62,017 nt of DNA from NCBI GenBank assembly GCA_963678065.2, contig CAXXVZ010000001.1, positions 1 to 62,017 of the forward strand, in the 5' to 3' direction. The position numbers were made by a program, and so were the translations under genes. Positions 8,783-19,332 of this stretch are shown piece by piece (position 1 is the first letter of the stretch; each line of letters opens with the position of its first letter). This stretch comes from Treponemataceae bacterium. GTDB taxonomy: Bacteria; Spirochaetota; Spirochaetia; Treponematales; Rectinemataceae. Below the pieces are notes generated by a model, which did no database searches, was not told the origin of the DNA, and worked only from the letters and a program-made list of their open reading frames with translations.

Positions 8783-11204
8783 CGACGATATTCACCAGTT
8801 TGTCCCTGACAACGATTTTCTTGACCACCGTCTTGCCCTCTATCCACTCGAGGACCTTGGGCAGACAGAGAGCTTTCGCCTCCAGTTCGGCCTCGAGACT
8901 TCCCGCCGGAGCGCTGAAGCGCTCGCGGATCCTGCCGTTGACCTGGACGACGATTTCCTTCTCGCTGTCGGCGCACAGGGCTTCGTCCCAGGACGGCCAG
9001 ACTGCCCGCGAGACGGACTCCCCGTGGCCAAGCTTCTGCCAGAACTCCTCGCCGAGGTGCACAGCGTAGGGAGCGATGAGGAGAACGAACGGCTCCCAGA
9101 GCGCTCGCGGCACGGTCCCGAGTCTGGAGATCTCGTTGAGGTAGATCATCATCTGCGAGATGGCCGTGTTGAAATTGAGCGTGTCCGTGTCGCGGCTCAC
9201 CTTTTTGACCGTCTTGTGCAGGAGTTTCAGGTGCTCAGGCTCGGGAGCCGACTCGACGACGGGCTTTTCGGATACAGCCCAGGCTTTTTCGAGGAAGCGG
9301 CTGACACCGATGAGTCCGGCCGTCGCCCAGGGCTTCGACACCTCGAGCGGCCCCATGAACATCTCGTAAACGCGCATGGAATCGGCGCCGAATTCGCGGA
9401 TGATGTCGTCGGGATTGACGACGTTGCCGCGGCTCTTCGACATCTTCTGGTTGTCCTCGCCGAGAATCATGCCCTGGTTGATGAGGCGGATGAAGGGCTC
9501 TTTCGTGCCCACGACGCCGATATCGTAGAGGACCTTGTGCCAGAAGCGGCTGTACAGGAGGTGGAGGACGGCGTGCTCCGCTCCACCCACGTAGAGGTCT
9601 ACGGGCATCCAGTAGTCCAGGGCCGCTTTGGAGGCGAAAGTGTCTGCATTTTTCGGGTCGATGAAGCGAAGGTAGTACCAGCAGGAGCCCGCCCACTGGG
9701 GCATGGTGTTCGTCTCGCGCTTGGCCGGCCCGCCGCAGACCGGGCAGGTCGTGTTGACCCACTCGGGGATGTTGGCGAGCGGAGACTCGCCCGAGCCGGA
9801 GGGCGCGTATGTTTTTACCTCCGGCAGAGTGAGGGGCAGCTGGTCCTCGGAGATCGGCACGATGCCGCATTTGTCGCAGTGAACGAGGGGAATGGGCTCG
9901 CCCCAGTAGCGCTGGCGGCTGAAGAGCCAATCCCGCAGCTTGTAGTTGACAGCCTTCTTCCCGAGTCCCTGCGCTTCCAGCTTCGCCGTGATGACGGCCT
10001 TGAATTCCTCGGCGTCCATCCCGTCATATTCGCCTGAATTGACGATGCGGCCGTTGGCCGTCGTGCACTCTGGCGGTTCGGCGTCGAAGGGGCCGCTCTC
10101 GGAGGGGTCCGCGACGACTTTGATGATGGGCAGGCCGAACTTCTTGGCGAAATCCCAGTCGCGGTCGTCGTGGGCGGGAACGGCCATGATGGCGCCCGTT
10201 CCGTAGGAGATGAGAACGTAGTCGGAGATCCAGATCGGGATGCGCGCCCCGTTCACCGGATTGATCGCGTAAGCGCCGGTGAAGACGCCGGTCTTGTCCT
10301 TGGCGAGGTCGGTCCGCTCGAGGTCGCTCTTGCGGGCCGCCGCGTCGATGTAGGCCTCGACATCGGCCTTCTGTCCGGGCGCCGTGATCCTGCCGACCAA
10401 GGGATGCTCGGGCGCGAGGACCATGTAGGTGGCGCCGTAGAGCGTGTCAGGCCGCGTCGTGTAGATCTCGAGCCTCTCGTCGAAGCCGTCTATGCCGAAG
10501 AAAACTGACGCACCCTCGCTGCGGCCGATCCAGTTGCGCTGCATGAGTTTGACGGCCTCGGGCCAGTCCAGAGTGTCGAGATCCTCGAGGAGGCGGTCCG
10601 CGTAGGCCGTGATCCTGAGAACCCACTGACGGATGCGCTTGCGCGTCACCTTGGTGTGGCAGCGGTCGCACTCGCCGTCCTTGACCTCTTCGTTGGCGAG
10701 CCCCGTCTTGCACGAAGGGCACCAGTTGATCGGCATGTCCGACTCGTAGGCGAGCCCCCGTTTGAAGAGCTGGAGGAAGATCCACTGGGTCCACTTGAAG
10801 TAATCCGGTGTGCAGGTCGAAAACTCGCGGTCCCAGTCGTAGGAGAAACCGAGGGCCTTGATCTGCTCGCGGAAGCGATCCACATTGGCCATGGTGGTGA
10901 CGGCGGGGTGAGTCCCCGTCTGGATGGCGTAGTTCTCGGCGGGCAGGCCGAAGGCGTCGAAGCCCATGGGGTGGAGGACGTTGTAGCCATTCATCCGGAG
11001 GTAGCGGCAGTAGATATCCGTGGCGGTGTAGCCCTCGGGGTGGCCGACGTGGAGTCCGGCGCCGGAGGGGTAAGGGAACATATCGAGCACGTACTTTCGC
11101 TTGTTTTTGGGGAAGGACTGGTCCTCGACCGCGCGGAAGGTTTTATCCTTTTCCCAACGCGCCTGCCATTTTTTTTCGATTTCCGGGAACGGATACTTGG
11201 CCAT
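8775..11204 (-). CDS. leuS: Leucine--tRNA ligase
   Basis: [34 protein letters not shown] motifs. Confidence 0.98.
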   Translation of the reverse strand: MAKYPFPEIEKKWQARWEKDKTFRAVEDQSFPKNKRKYVLDMFPYPSGAGLHVGHPEGYTATDIYCRYLRMNGYNVLHPMGFDAFGLPAENYAIQTGTHPAVTTMANVDRFREQIKALGFSYDWDREFSTCTPDYFKWTQWIFLQLFKRGLAYESDMPINWCPSCKTGLANEEVKDGECDRCHTKVTRKRIRQWVLRITAYADRLLEDLDTLDWPEAVKLMQRNWIGRSEGASVFFGIDGFDERLEIYTTRPDTLYGATYMVLAPEHPLVGRITAPGQKADVEAYIDAAARKSDLERTDLAKDKTGVFTGAYAINPVNGARIPIWISDYVLISYGTGAIMAVPAHDDRDWDFAKKFGLPIIKVVADPSESGPFDAEPPECTTANGRIVNSGEYDGMDAEEFKAVITAKLEAQGLGKKAVNYKLRDWLFSRQRYWGEPIPLVHCDKCGIVPISEDQLPLTLPEVKTYAPSGSGESPLANIPEWVNTTCPVCGGPAKRETNTMPQWAGSCWYYLRFIDPKNADTFASKAALDYWMPVDLYVGGAEHAVLHLLYSRFWHKVLYDIGVVGTKEPFIRLINQGMILGEDNQKMSKSRGNVVNPDDIIREFGADSMRVYEMFMGPLEVSKPWATAGLIGVSRFLEKAWAVSEKPVVESAPEPEHLKLLHKTVKKVSRDTDTLNFNTAISQMMIYLNEISRLGTVPRALWEPFVLLIAPYAVHLGEEFWQKLGHGESVSRAVWPSWDEALCADSEKEIVVQVNGRIRERFSAPAGSLEAELEAKALCLPKVLEWIEGKTVVKKIVVRDKLVNIVVK

Positions 11205-11317
11205 GATCGTGAGCTCCTGATGCCAGCCTGAATGATATTTGGAAGAGTTTAGTCGAGTCGGGCAGGTTTTTGCAATCCCGCCCATATGGTACTAGAATTA
11301 GGCAAAGGGGGCATAAC

Positions 11318-11989
11318 ATGGCAGTAATTACAATTTCCCGAGAGGTGGGCTCAGGCGGAAGCGAAATCGCCGAGAAGCTTGCACAGAGACTCGGATATCA
11401 TTTCGCCGACAAGGAAACCATGGGGAGGATACTTGCCGAGTACGGCTTTGTCGGATTCAGGGAGACATACAACACCGAGCCTTCTTTCTGGACGCGATTC
11501 GACCTGCAGACAGGGGCTGTCGTTTCGATGCTCGACAAGGCGACCCGCGCCCTCGCGCAGCACGGCAACATAGTCATCGTAGGCAGAGGCAGCTTCGCCA
11601 TACTTTCCGGCTACGCAGACGTCCTCAACGTCAGGATAAAGGCGCCCTTCCGCTTCAGGGTCATGCGCTACATGGAAGAGCACGGAATTCCGGAATACGA
11701 AGAGGCGGAGCGGGATGTCAAAGAGGGTGACCGCGTGAGGACATCCTTCGTCGAATCCTTCTACAACGTCAAGTGGGACCACGCTGCAGGATTCGACCTC
11801 GTTCTTGACACAGGGAAAATTCCGACCGGCATGGCCGTCGACTGGATCGCCGAGGCAGTCGTGAAGATCCTCCCCGACTTGGCGTGGAAAGGGCCCATGA
11901 CGGGATCGATCAACGTCGACACCATCATGGCATCCTCGGTGGCCGGCGTGCTGCAATGTGCGGAGAATCACGGCGCAGGCAAAACCTGA
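11318..11989 (+). CDS. Cytidylate kinase-like family protein
   Basis: VITISREVGSGGSEIA P-loop, VIVGRGS, D..R..F...Y, FDLVLDT. Confidence 0.85.
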   Translation: MAVITISREVGSGGSEIAEKLAQRLGYHFADKETMGRILAEYGFVGFRETYNTEPSFWTRFDLQTGAVVSMLDKATRALAQHGNIVIVGRGSFAILSGYADVLNVRIKAPFRFRVMRYMEEHGIPEYEEAERDVKEGDRVRTSFVESFYNVKWDHAAGFDLVLDTGKIPTGMAVDWIAEAVVKILPDLAWKGPMTGSINVDTIMASSVAGVLQCAENHGAGKT

Positions 11990-12011
11990 GAGCGCAACAG
12001 TGGATGAAAAA

Positions 12012-12041
12012 GGCCGTCCGGGGAGTGATTCCCGGACGGCC
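12012..12041. terminator. Likely bidirectional intrinsic terminator
   Basis: GGCCGTCCGGG-8nt-CCCGGACGGCC with A-tract on the left and pyrimidine tract on the right, between convergent genes. Confidence 0.7.
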
Positions 12042-12091
12042 CAACCTTCTCTTGTTTTTTCAGAGCGCCAGAGCGCCAACGCCTTGACTCT

Positions 12092-12601
12092 CTAGAGCGC
12101 AGGCGGCGGTGCCGGAGGAGCTTCCGCTCCCGGAGCAGGCACAGCGTCGGGAGAGGTGAAGGAGTTCGTGTTCCCCACTGATTCGCCGGTCGGGACGGGA
12201 ATATCCTTGGGGACGAATACTTCGACGAAGGGTTCGATTCCCGCGAGGACTTTGGGAACCGAGAGGATCAGCATTTCCGTTCCGAAAGGAAGGGTGAAGT
12301 TCTTGGCCGTTTTCGTCGCACCGTCGAGGGATTCGACTGTCACCTTGTGCCGCTGCCCTTTGACATCGGCCTTGTCGCGGTCGCCGGAGTAGAGTTCGAG
12401 CGCTTCGAGCCTGTCCACCCTGACCATGATGCCGTCCACGGCCTTGAGCGTCCCGTCCTCGGAGTCCTTGTTGTCGATGAGAACCGTGTGCCCCTTCCCC
12501 GCGACGAATACGATGGCGATCAACCCGACATAGACGGCCACCAGCACGGCCCTGACGAGAAAGCGTCGCTTTTTGACTTTGGGATCGATCTGCTCTTTCA
12601 T
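12092..12601 (-). CDS. DUF6672-like membrane-anchored accessory protein of the ABC operon
   Basis: MKEQIDPK..., one TM then GKGHTVLIDNK; ATGA overlap with upstream permease, GGAGG RBS. Confidence 0.7.
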   Translation of the reverse strand: MKEQIDPKVKKRRFLVRAVLVAVYVGLIAIVFVAGKGHTVLIDNKDSEDGTLKAVDGIMVRVDRLEALELYSGDRDKADVKGQRHKVTVESLDGATKTAKNFTLPFGTEMLILSVPKVLAGIEPFVEVFVPKDIPVPTGESVGNTNSFTSPDAVPAPGAEAPPAPPPAL

Positions 12602-13755
12602 TTCGCACCTCCCTTCGCCGCAGATCCGGCCGCGGTGGCCGCAACGCCGGCTGTGCCGCTGGCGCCCGGTGCGCCACGCAGGCCTTCGCGGGCCCTCGCG
12701 GCGTCCTTCCGGGCGCGCCATGCGTAGAGGACGAGCGAGAGGGCGATGACTCCGTATCCGATGAACTGGCGGAAGTATTCGCCGATCATGGCCGAGCCGA
12801 AGAGGTTCTGACCCGCGCGCGGAGAGACCACGAAGAGGACGTGGAGAAGAATGATGCCGATGAAGACATTCGGGATGCTGGCCTTCTTGACGGAGGCTCC
12901 GCCGACGAGGATGGCGGCGACGGCGAAGAAGCCAGTCTGGTCGTGGGCGTTGTAGGTCGCCATGTTTCCCATGTTCTGGAGGAAGATGATCTGGCCGTAG
13001 CAGGCGAGAACCGTGGAGATGATGATGGCGATGATCCGTGTCTTGTCCACCGGGACGCCCGAGGCCTCGGCGACGACCATGTCGTGTCCGACGGCCCTCA
13101 TGTCCTGGCCGAGCTTGGTCTTCTTGAACCAGACGACGAAGACGCAGAGGACGGCGATGACGAGGAAGGTCGCCGCGGGAATCATGAAACCTGCTACCTT
13201 TATGGCGAGCAGGTTGTCCAGGGACTGCCTGACTCCCTCGAGGTTGAGCGTATTGCGCACGCCGTAGCCTCGGGAAAGGACGATGGCCTTGGATCGCATC
13301 GGCAAGAGGCCACCCATCAGGTAGAGAACCAGAAACTGGTAGATTCCGTTGACGAAGAAAGCGAGAATGTAGCCCGTCACCATCTCGCGGCCCTTGGCCC
13401 GGTTGAGGACAGAGCCGCAGATCCATCCCACGAAAATGGAGATGGGCGTCCCGATGAGGGCGGCGAAGATGAGGCCCTGGACCCCTGTGATGTTCCAGTC
13501 GATGGCGTAGATGAGGCCTATCTGTCCGGCCATCGCGCCGAGGGTCATGCCGAAGTTGAGTCCCATGCCCGCGAAGATCGGCAGGAGCAGGGCGAGGACG
13601 AGGAAGGAGTTGCGCCCGAGACGGGTGATCATCTCCTGGAAGATGTAGGGAAGAGAGAGCCCCGAAGGACCGATCGCCCCGATCGTCAGGACAAGAAAGA
13701 TGATGACGACCGCGTTCTCGGTGAAGAAGCGGCCGAAGGATTGTTTGTTGCTCAT
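12598..13755 (-). CDS. ABC transporter permease (BPD_transp_2/CUT2 type)
   Basis: Polytopic; GMGLNFG, KTKLGQDMRAVG...A.ASG, AAILVGGAS. Confidence 0.9.
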   Translation of the reverse strand: MSNKQSFGRFFTENAVVIIFLVLTIGAIGPSGLSLPYIFQEMITRLGRNSFLVLALLLPIFAGMGLNFGMTLGAMAGQIGLIYAIDWNITGVQGLIFAALIGTPISIFVGWICGSVLNRAKGREMVTGYILAFFVNGIYQFLVLYLMGGLLPMRSKAIVLSRGYGVRNTLNLEGVRQSLDNLLAIKVAGFMIPAATFLVIAVLCVFVVWFKKTKLGQDMRAVGHDMVVAEASGVPVDKTRIIAIIISTVLACYGQIIFLQNMGNMATYNAHDQTGFFAVAAILVGGASVKKASIPNVFIGIILLHVLFVVSPRAGQNLFGSAMIGEYFRQFIGYGVIALSLVLYAWRARKDAARAREGLRGAPGASGTAGVAATAAGSAAKGGAK

Positions 13756-14795
13756 TTGGTCACCTTCGTCTTCCGCGTCAGGGCGTACAGGATCATGCCG
13801 TTCGAGATGACGATCCGGAATACTTCAGACATATCGTTCTGCAACATGGAATTGATTACCGATGGCGTCATGGTGAGAAGGCCTTGGAAGAGGAATGCGC
13901 CGACCACGACGTTGATCATGTTCGCTTTCTTGACCGAGGCTCCGCCGATCAGGATGGCCGCCACCGCCGGGAAGGCCATCTGGAGGGGGGCCGTGTAGAC
14001 CTGGATGAATCCGTAGCTCTGCTGGTAGACGACGATGCCGATGGCCCCGAGTGCGGTCGAAATGATGACGGAGATCGTGCGCATCCTGTCGACACTGATG
14101 CCGGAAGCGCGCGCGTAGTCGGGGTTGGAGCCGACGGCCGTCATGGCCGTCCCCGTCTTGGTCTTGAGGAAGATGGACATGAGGAAAGCGCACAGTCCGA
14201 CAAAAAGAAGCATGCCGGTCGGGAAGATGAAGTTTTCGCCTATCCTGATGGCCAGAAAGTCGTTGAGTATGTGACGCCAGTAGCCTTCCACCGTGATCGT
14301 CGTCCTTAAGCCCTTGCCGGCGTAGCCCCAGATCATGGTGGGGTTGGTGTAGGGAAGGATGAGCCACATGATGCACATGAGCATGACGCTGGCGAAGCCG
14401 ACGTACATGGCGATGGTCATCTCCTCGCCCTTGACCTTGTTGAGGAGCTCGCCGTAGAGCCATCCGAAGACCACGGCGAAGGGAATGGCTATCCCCATGG
14501 CGCCGAAAAGTCCCGCGAAACCGACGAGTCCGAGCTGGATGGAGATCGTCGATCCGAGAAGCCCTGCGATGATTCCGAGGGAGAGGCCGAAGTTGAGTCC
14601 GCACCCCGACTGGACCATCGGGACCAGCGCGAGGACGAGGACGGCGTTCTGCCCGAAGCGGTTGAGGACGTCGGAGATGGAGGCGTCGATCCTGACACCG
14701 ACGAAGGGCGCAGCGATGAAAAGGAAGATCAGGAAAATGAAAATGATGATACGGGGCCAGCCGAAATCGGCTACCATTGTCTTAAGGTCACGCAC
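13752..14795 (-). CDS. ABC transporter permease (BPD_transp_2/CUT2 type)
   Basis: GCGLNFG, KTKTGTAMTAVGSNP.YARASGI, AAILIGGAS; GTG start overlapping ATPase. Confidence 0.9.
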   Translation of the reverse strand: MRDLKTMVADFGWPRIIIFIFLIFLFIAAPFVGVRIDASISDVLNRFGQNAVLVLALVPMVQSGCGLNFGLSLGIIAGLLGSTISIQLGLVGFAGLFGAMGIAIPFAVVFGWLYGELLNKVKGEEMTIAMYVGFASVMLMCIMWLILPYTNPTMIWGYAGKGLRTTITVEGYWRHILNDFLAIRIGENFIFPTGMLLFVGLCAFLMSIFLKTKTGTAMTAVGSNPDYARASGISVDRMRTISVIISTALGAIGIVVYQQSYGFIQVYTAPLQMAFPAVAAILIGGASVKKANMINVVVGAFLFQGLLTMTPSVINSMLQNDMSEVFRIVISNGMILYALTRKTKVTK

Positions 14796-16407
14796 CGGTG
14801 TCCTCCTTCGGAGCCGGGCCGGCAGTCGCGATGCCGGACATGAGGAGGCCGAATTCGGAGATATCGGCCGTCGGCGGGAGTATGCCGGCGATCCTTCCTT
14901 CGTCGACTATGGCGATGCGGTCGCAGATGGACCTCAGCTCCTCGAGTTCGCTGGAAACCATGACGATTGTCGTGCCGTACTCGCGGTTGTAGCGGTGCAG
15001 GGTATCGAGGACGAGCTTCTTGGCGCCGACATCGATGCCGCGAGTGGGCTCGGAGACAAAGAGAAGGTCGGGCTTGACGGCAAAAGCTTTGGCCAGACAG
15101 ATCTTCTGCTGATTCCCTCCGGAGAGCTCCTTGGCTTTCTGCGAGCCTGAGGTGCACTTTATGTCGAGCATCTTGATGTACTCGTCCGTGAGTTCCCGCA
15201 TGCCCGCCTCGTCGCGGAGCTTGAAGAGCCCGCCAAGCACGGGCTTCAGGTACTTGCCCTGTATCTGCATCGCCGTGAAGGCGATATTCCACTCGAGGCT
15301 TTCGTCGAGAAGAAGCCCCACGCCTCGCCTGTCCTCCGATACGAAGGCCATGCCCATGGAGAGAGTGGTGCGGGGCTCGTTGAGAGGAACGTCTTTGTCG
15401 TGCAGGCGGACTGCGCCGCCGGCGGGGAAGAGTCCCATGATCCCGTTGGGAATGCCGAGCTTGCCCTGACCGGCGAGGCCTCCGATGCCGAAGATCTCGC
15501 CCGAGCGGACGGAGAAGTTGACGTCGCGCACTGTCTCTCCCGGCATGTCGACCCAGAGATTTTTGACGGAAAGCACCGGGGTGCCGAACTTTCTCGCCTC
15601 GACGGCGGAAATCCGCTCGCCCGCCACGCTGCGCCCCACCATCCAGGAGGCTATGTCGCGGATTGTCACGTCTTTTGCCGGCACATCCTTGACCGCCATG
15701 CCATCGCGCAGGACGACAATCCGGTCCGCGACATCGACGACTTCATGGAGCCGGTGAGAGATGAAGATGATCGCAATCCCCTGGGCCGCGAGCTTGCGCA
15801 TGGCCGCGAGGAGGACTTCCGCCTCGGACTCAGTGAGGACGGCCGTCGGCTCGTCCAGGACGAGGAGGCGGGTGTTCTTGCGGTTGATCTCGCGGGCGAT
15901 CTCCGTAAACTGCTTGTGTCCGACGGGCATCTCCGAAACCAGCATCTCCGGGTCAAGCTTGACTCCGAGCTTGGAGATAGCCGTCTCGGCTCGTTTTCGC
16001 ATGTCCTTTCTATCGAGAACGCTCATCCGGTCTCCGAACACATCGTTGAGAATCGTCGGTTTCATCGATTCACGGTTGAGCAGTATGTTTTCGGTCGTCG
16101 TGAAGCCCGGTATCAGGCTGAATTCCTGATGAACCATGCCGATGCCCGCATCCAGGGCAGCGAAGGGGTCGGCGAATTTTATCTCCTGGCCGTCGATGCA
16201 TATCCTGCCCCTGTAACCGCCCGTCTCGGCGATCACCGGCATTCCGAAGAGGATGCGCATGAGCGTAGTTTTTCCGGCACCGTTTTCGCCCACGAGCCCG
16301 AGGATTTCTCCCGCCCGCAGGTCGAAGCAGACGTCGTGAAGGACGACGTTGCCATAAAAATCCTTCGAGACGTGCTCGAGGGAAAGAAGCGGACTGTCCT
16401 GTCCCAT
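14788..16407 (-). CDS. CUT2-type ABC ATPase with two NBDs (RbsA/MglA family)
   Basis: GENGAGKTT, LDEPT, LSGGNQQK, SEPTRGIDVGAK. Confidence 0.93.
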   Translation of the reverse strand: MGQDSPLLSLEHVSKDFYGNVVLHDVCFDLRAGEILGLVGENGAGKTTLMRILFGMPVIAETGGYRGRICIDGQEIKFADPFAALDAGIGMVHQEFSLIPGFTTTENILLNRESMKPTILNDVFGDRMSVLDRKDMRKRAETAISKLGVKLDPEMLVSEMPVGHKQFTEIAREINRKNTRLLVLDEPTAVLTESEAEVLLAAMRKLAAQGIAIIFISHRLHEVVDVADRIVVLRDGMAVKDVPAKDVTIRDIASWMVGRSVAGERISAVEARKFGTPVLSVKNLWVDMPGETVRDVNFSVRSGEIFGIGGLAGQGKLGIPNGIMGLFPAGGAVRLHDKDVPLNEPRTTLSMGMAFVSEDRRGVGLLLDESLEWNIAFTAMQIQGKYLKPVLGGLFKLRDEAGMRELTDEYIKMLDIKCTSGSQKAKELSGGNQQKICLAKAFAVKPDLLFVSEPTRGIDVGAKKLVLDTLHRYNREYGTTIVMVSSELEELRSICDRIAIVDEGRIAGILPPTADISEFGLLMSGIATAGPAPKEDTGA

Positions 16408-16554
16408 AGGTTCCCCTGAAAGACAAAAGCCCTCGTACCTACCGCTCGCGGTTCGTTTTTGCAGTTCGCGCGTGCGGTCCGCTTTCGCGGTTCATGGTTC
16501 GTGGGCGTGCGGATCCGCCCCGTGAGGGGCATCGCTCCCTGACGGGAGCGGCAC

Positions 16555-16584
16555 AAAAAAAAGGAGGGGCCGACAGGCCCCTCC
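16555..16584 (-). terminator. Intercistronic terminator after the solute-binding protein gene
   Basis: GGAGGGGCC-4nt-GGCCCCTCC stem followed by U8 on the minus strand. Confidence 0.8.
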
Positions 16585-16603
16585 CATGGAGGGTCAAGAA
16601 GGC

Positions 16604-17809
16604 TTACTTCTTGATCGTGTAGTACTTTTCGGGAACTTTCTGCGAGGTGGTGGGGAGGAACTTGCCGGGTTTGCCCATGACGTAGGTGTCCATGTAGACG
16701 AGAACCTGGTTCTTCGCGCGGACGCCGGTGTTCATGTCGGTGTAGAAGGCTCCGTTCCACTTGGCGCCGGGGGTGTACTTGCCGAGGGCGTCATAGAGAT
16801 CCTTGAGGCTGGTGACCTTGGCCTTGCCGTCGATCACGTTCTTGGCGAACTGGCCGAGACCGGAGGTGACCGTGTAGCCGTAGGAGAATGCCCAGGTTCC
16901 GAAGCGGCCCGCTCCGCCCTTCTCGACGACGGCGGCTTCGACTTTCTTGAGGATGGCGGGGAAATTGCCGGCTTCCTTGGAGAGGTCGATGCCGAGAGCG
17001 CCCGGATAACCCATGAGGGGAGAGGGAAGGTCGGCTTCGACGAAGATGCCGCCGTAGGTCAGGAGCTGCTTGAGAAGGGGCTCGGTCTCGCCGTCATTGG
17101 TGCAGAAGAAGGCGGCGTCCTTGCCGTACTTCTGGACCCACTGGGGGACCTTCTCCATCATGAACTGGACGGCGCCGGGCATTCCGACGTCGGAGGTGGG
17201 GTCGGGGGCGGTCTCGAAGGCGAACTTGAGTCCGAGATCCTTGCAGGCCTCTTCCATGATGGCGCGGCGGCGTCCGAGGGACTCGTAGGACATATGCCTG
17301 GGGAAGGAGATGTGGACGAAGGTCTTGGCTCCGAGCTGCTTGGCCGCCCAGATGATAGTGTAGCCGCGGGACACGAAGTCGGCGCTCATGGCGAGGTCGG
17401 CCGCGCTCTGGATGACGAGGGGATCTTCGTGGGGTTCGCCCGCGAGGAGGAGGATGTCGGCGCGTTTGGCTTTTACGCGCTTGAAAGCCTCGGTGGTTCC
17501 GGGAATGGCCTGATTGACGACAATCGCCTTCATGAGGGGATCGTCGGCCAGGGACACTACGGAAGAGATGTAGGTTTCCTGCTGGGACATGAAATCATCC
17601 GGGTAGGTGATGTGCTGGATGATTCCGCCTTCCTTGACGGACTTGTACTCTTTGATGAGCTGCTCCGCTCCGCGAAGATCGTCTTCGGACTGTGAAACTG
17701 TACCGGTCACGACGCCGATGTGATACTTCGCCTGGGCGAATGCGTTCGCGCCGCCGAAAAAGAGCGCCAATGCCATGAGGATGGCCGCGGCCTTCACGAG
17801 TCTGTTCAT
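16604..17809 (-). CDS. DUF3798 family ABC substrate-binding protein
   Basis: Signal peptide; HIGVVTGTVSQSEDDLRGA, FVHISFPRHMSYE, APDPTSDVG, PSPLMGYPGALG. Confidence 0.85.
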   Translation of the reverse strand: MNRLVKAAAILMALALFFGGANAFAQAKYHIGVVTGTVSQSEDDLRGAEQLIKEYKSVKEGGIIQHITYPDDFMSQQETYISSVVSLADDPLMKAIVVNQAIPGTTEAFKRVKAKRADILLLAGEPHEDPLVIQSAADLAMSADFVSRGYTIIWAAKQLGAKTFVHISFPRHMSYESLGRRRAIMEEACKDLGLKFAFETAPDPTSDVGMPGAVQFMMEKVPQWVQKYGKDAAFFCTNDGETEPLLKQLLTYGGIFVEADLPSPLMGYPGALGIDLSKEAGNFPAILKKVEAAVVEKGGAGRFGTWAFSYGYTVTSGLGQFAKNVIDGKAKVTSLKDLYDALGKYTPGAKWNGAFYTDMNTGVRAKNQVLVYMDTYVMGKPGKFLPTTSQKVPEKYYTIKK

Positions 17810-17853
17810 TGAGACCTCCTGAGATATGCGATTGATGAAACAATGATTTGACT

Positions 17854-17881
17854 ATTGTACTCCCGGTCACGCCTTAGTCAA
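17854..17881 (-). promoter_or_regulatory. Putative sigma70 promoter of DUF3798 ABC operon
   Basis: Minus strand TTGACT-16-TACAAT, about 45 bp upstream of the ATG. Confidence 0.55.
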
Positions 17882-17969
17882 GCGAAAACATTAATTATCA
17901 GACATCGCATTGCGGAATCCGTTTCCACGCGGTACTATGGGAAGGTCGACTCGGTTTTCCGGAGGAAGG

Positions 17970-19322
17970 ATGCGGCCAGGCATCAGAAGGTTCGGCGAGG
18001 AATTTTTCCTGTATTCCGGCCAGTTCGTGGCTTTTTTCATATTCATCCTCTTCATCACGCCCGATTCCGGCTCTCTCGGCATCGTGGCAGCGGGCCTTTT
18101 CGCCCTGTTCATCGTAGTGCAGACCATCCTGCTCGCCGGGAGCGGACACAAGATCCTCCTGCGCTTCCTGTACTCCCTCATCACGCCCTTCGGCTACTCG
18201 CTCATACGGGGTGTGGCGGGAGGATTCTCCATTCTCGACATGGCGAACGTCTTCCTCTGGGGCACGGCCGTCTATTCCGGTCTCTTCCAGACCGCCGCCC
18301 TCTCTGCCACGGACAGCCGCATAAGGCGCGCGGCCGAAGGTTTCCTGGCCCTCGGCTCGGCCATCATCTTCGTTTTCTTCTATTATTATCTCAACCTGAA
18401 ACTGGGAGTCGAAGCGGCCTTCAGAAATGGCGACATGGACAGGGCGGCCTACGACCTCGCCCTCGATATCCGCGCATTCCCCTCTTCCTTCATCGATTTT
18501 ATAAAAAAACCCCAGAACTGGTTCCCCGCATTCGGAGCGACGACCTTCGCCTTCATGCTGCTCGCGAGCAAACTCCGCACCATCTCCCTCCACACCAGAA
18601 TCGAGAGGCTCTTCGGCAGCGAGGCCTGCGGAAAGGCGGCAACTATCGGCGGCGGGGACTCCGCGACTGGCGGTGGTGCGTCAGGCAAACCGGACTCGTC
18701 GGGTGGACAGAACGACGACACCATGCGCCCGCTCTCGGCCGAAGCTCACCGCAAGCCGGCCACGATCATCTCCTCGGACATTCTCGGTTTCACCGACATT
18801 TCCGAGAAGTTGGGCCCGGAAGGCGCGGCGCAGCTCCTCAACCGCTACTATTCCCTCTGGCACCTGGAAGCGTCACAGCATTCCGGCAGGATATTCTCCC
18901 TCACGGGAGATTCGGTCATACTCGTTTTCGGCCTCGATTCCGACAATGTCGGTGCCGATGCGGCTCTCGATGCGGCTCTCGCCTTCCTGGGGGAGCTTTC
19001 CGGACTCAGAAACGATCTGATGGCATCGGGCCTGCCGGCGACTTTCGATGTCTCGGTCGGCGTGCACACGGGGACCATCGTCGAAGGCATGCTCGGCGCC
19101 GGCGCCGACAGGAAGCCGGGGGTGTTCGGCGACGCCATCGCCGTGGCCGCCCGGCTCGACAGTCTCTGCCGCGAGCTGAAGCAGGACCTCATCGTGAGCC
19201 AGACTACCTTTTCCAGGCTGGGACTCGAGAGCCAGTCCTCGCTCGAGAATATCGGCGAAGTTCTGCTCAGAAAGAGCACCCACCCCGTACCTGTCTACGG
19301 AAAAAAACAAAAATACAACTGA
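17970..19322 (+). CDS. Membrane-bound class III nucleotidyl cyclase-domain protein with atypical active site
   Basis: About 6 TMs; SDILGFT, GDSV, VGVHTG, GDAIAVAARLDSL; GGAGG RBS before ATG 17970. Confidence 0.85.
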   Translation: MRPGIRRFGEEFFLYSGQFVAFFIFILFITPDSGSLGIVAAGLFALFIVVQTILLAGSGHKILLRFLYSLITPFGYSLIRGVAGGFSILDMANVFLWGTAVYSGLFQTAALSATDSRIRRAAEGFLALGSAIIFVFFYYYLNLKLGVEAAFRNGDMDRAAYDLALDIRAFPSSFIDFIKKPQNWFPAFGATTFAFMLLASKLRTISLHTRIERLFGSEACGKAATIGGGDSATGGGASGKPDSSGGQNDDTMRPLSAEAHRKPATIISSDILGFTDISEKLGPEGAAQLLNRYYSLWHLEASQHSGRIFSLTGDSVILVFGLDSDNVGADAALDAALAFLGELSGLRNDLMASGLPATFDVSVGVHTGTIVEGMLGAGADRKPGVFGDAIAVAARLDSLCRELKQDLIVSQTTFSRLGLESQSSLENIGEVLLRKSTHPVPVYGKKQKYN

Positions 19323-19332
19323 GGTGAAGCGC

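Noticed and set aside
11205..11317. T-box or attenuator upstream of leuS
   Set aside because: Gap is only about 110 bp and shared with a divergent gene; no T-box consensus
12092..13426. 444-aa ORF as given in the track
   Set aside because: Only the last 169 aa (from 12601) look real; the remainder is an off-frame overlap of the permease
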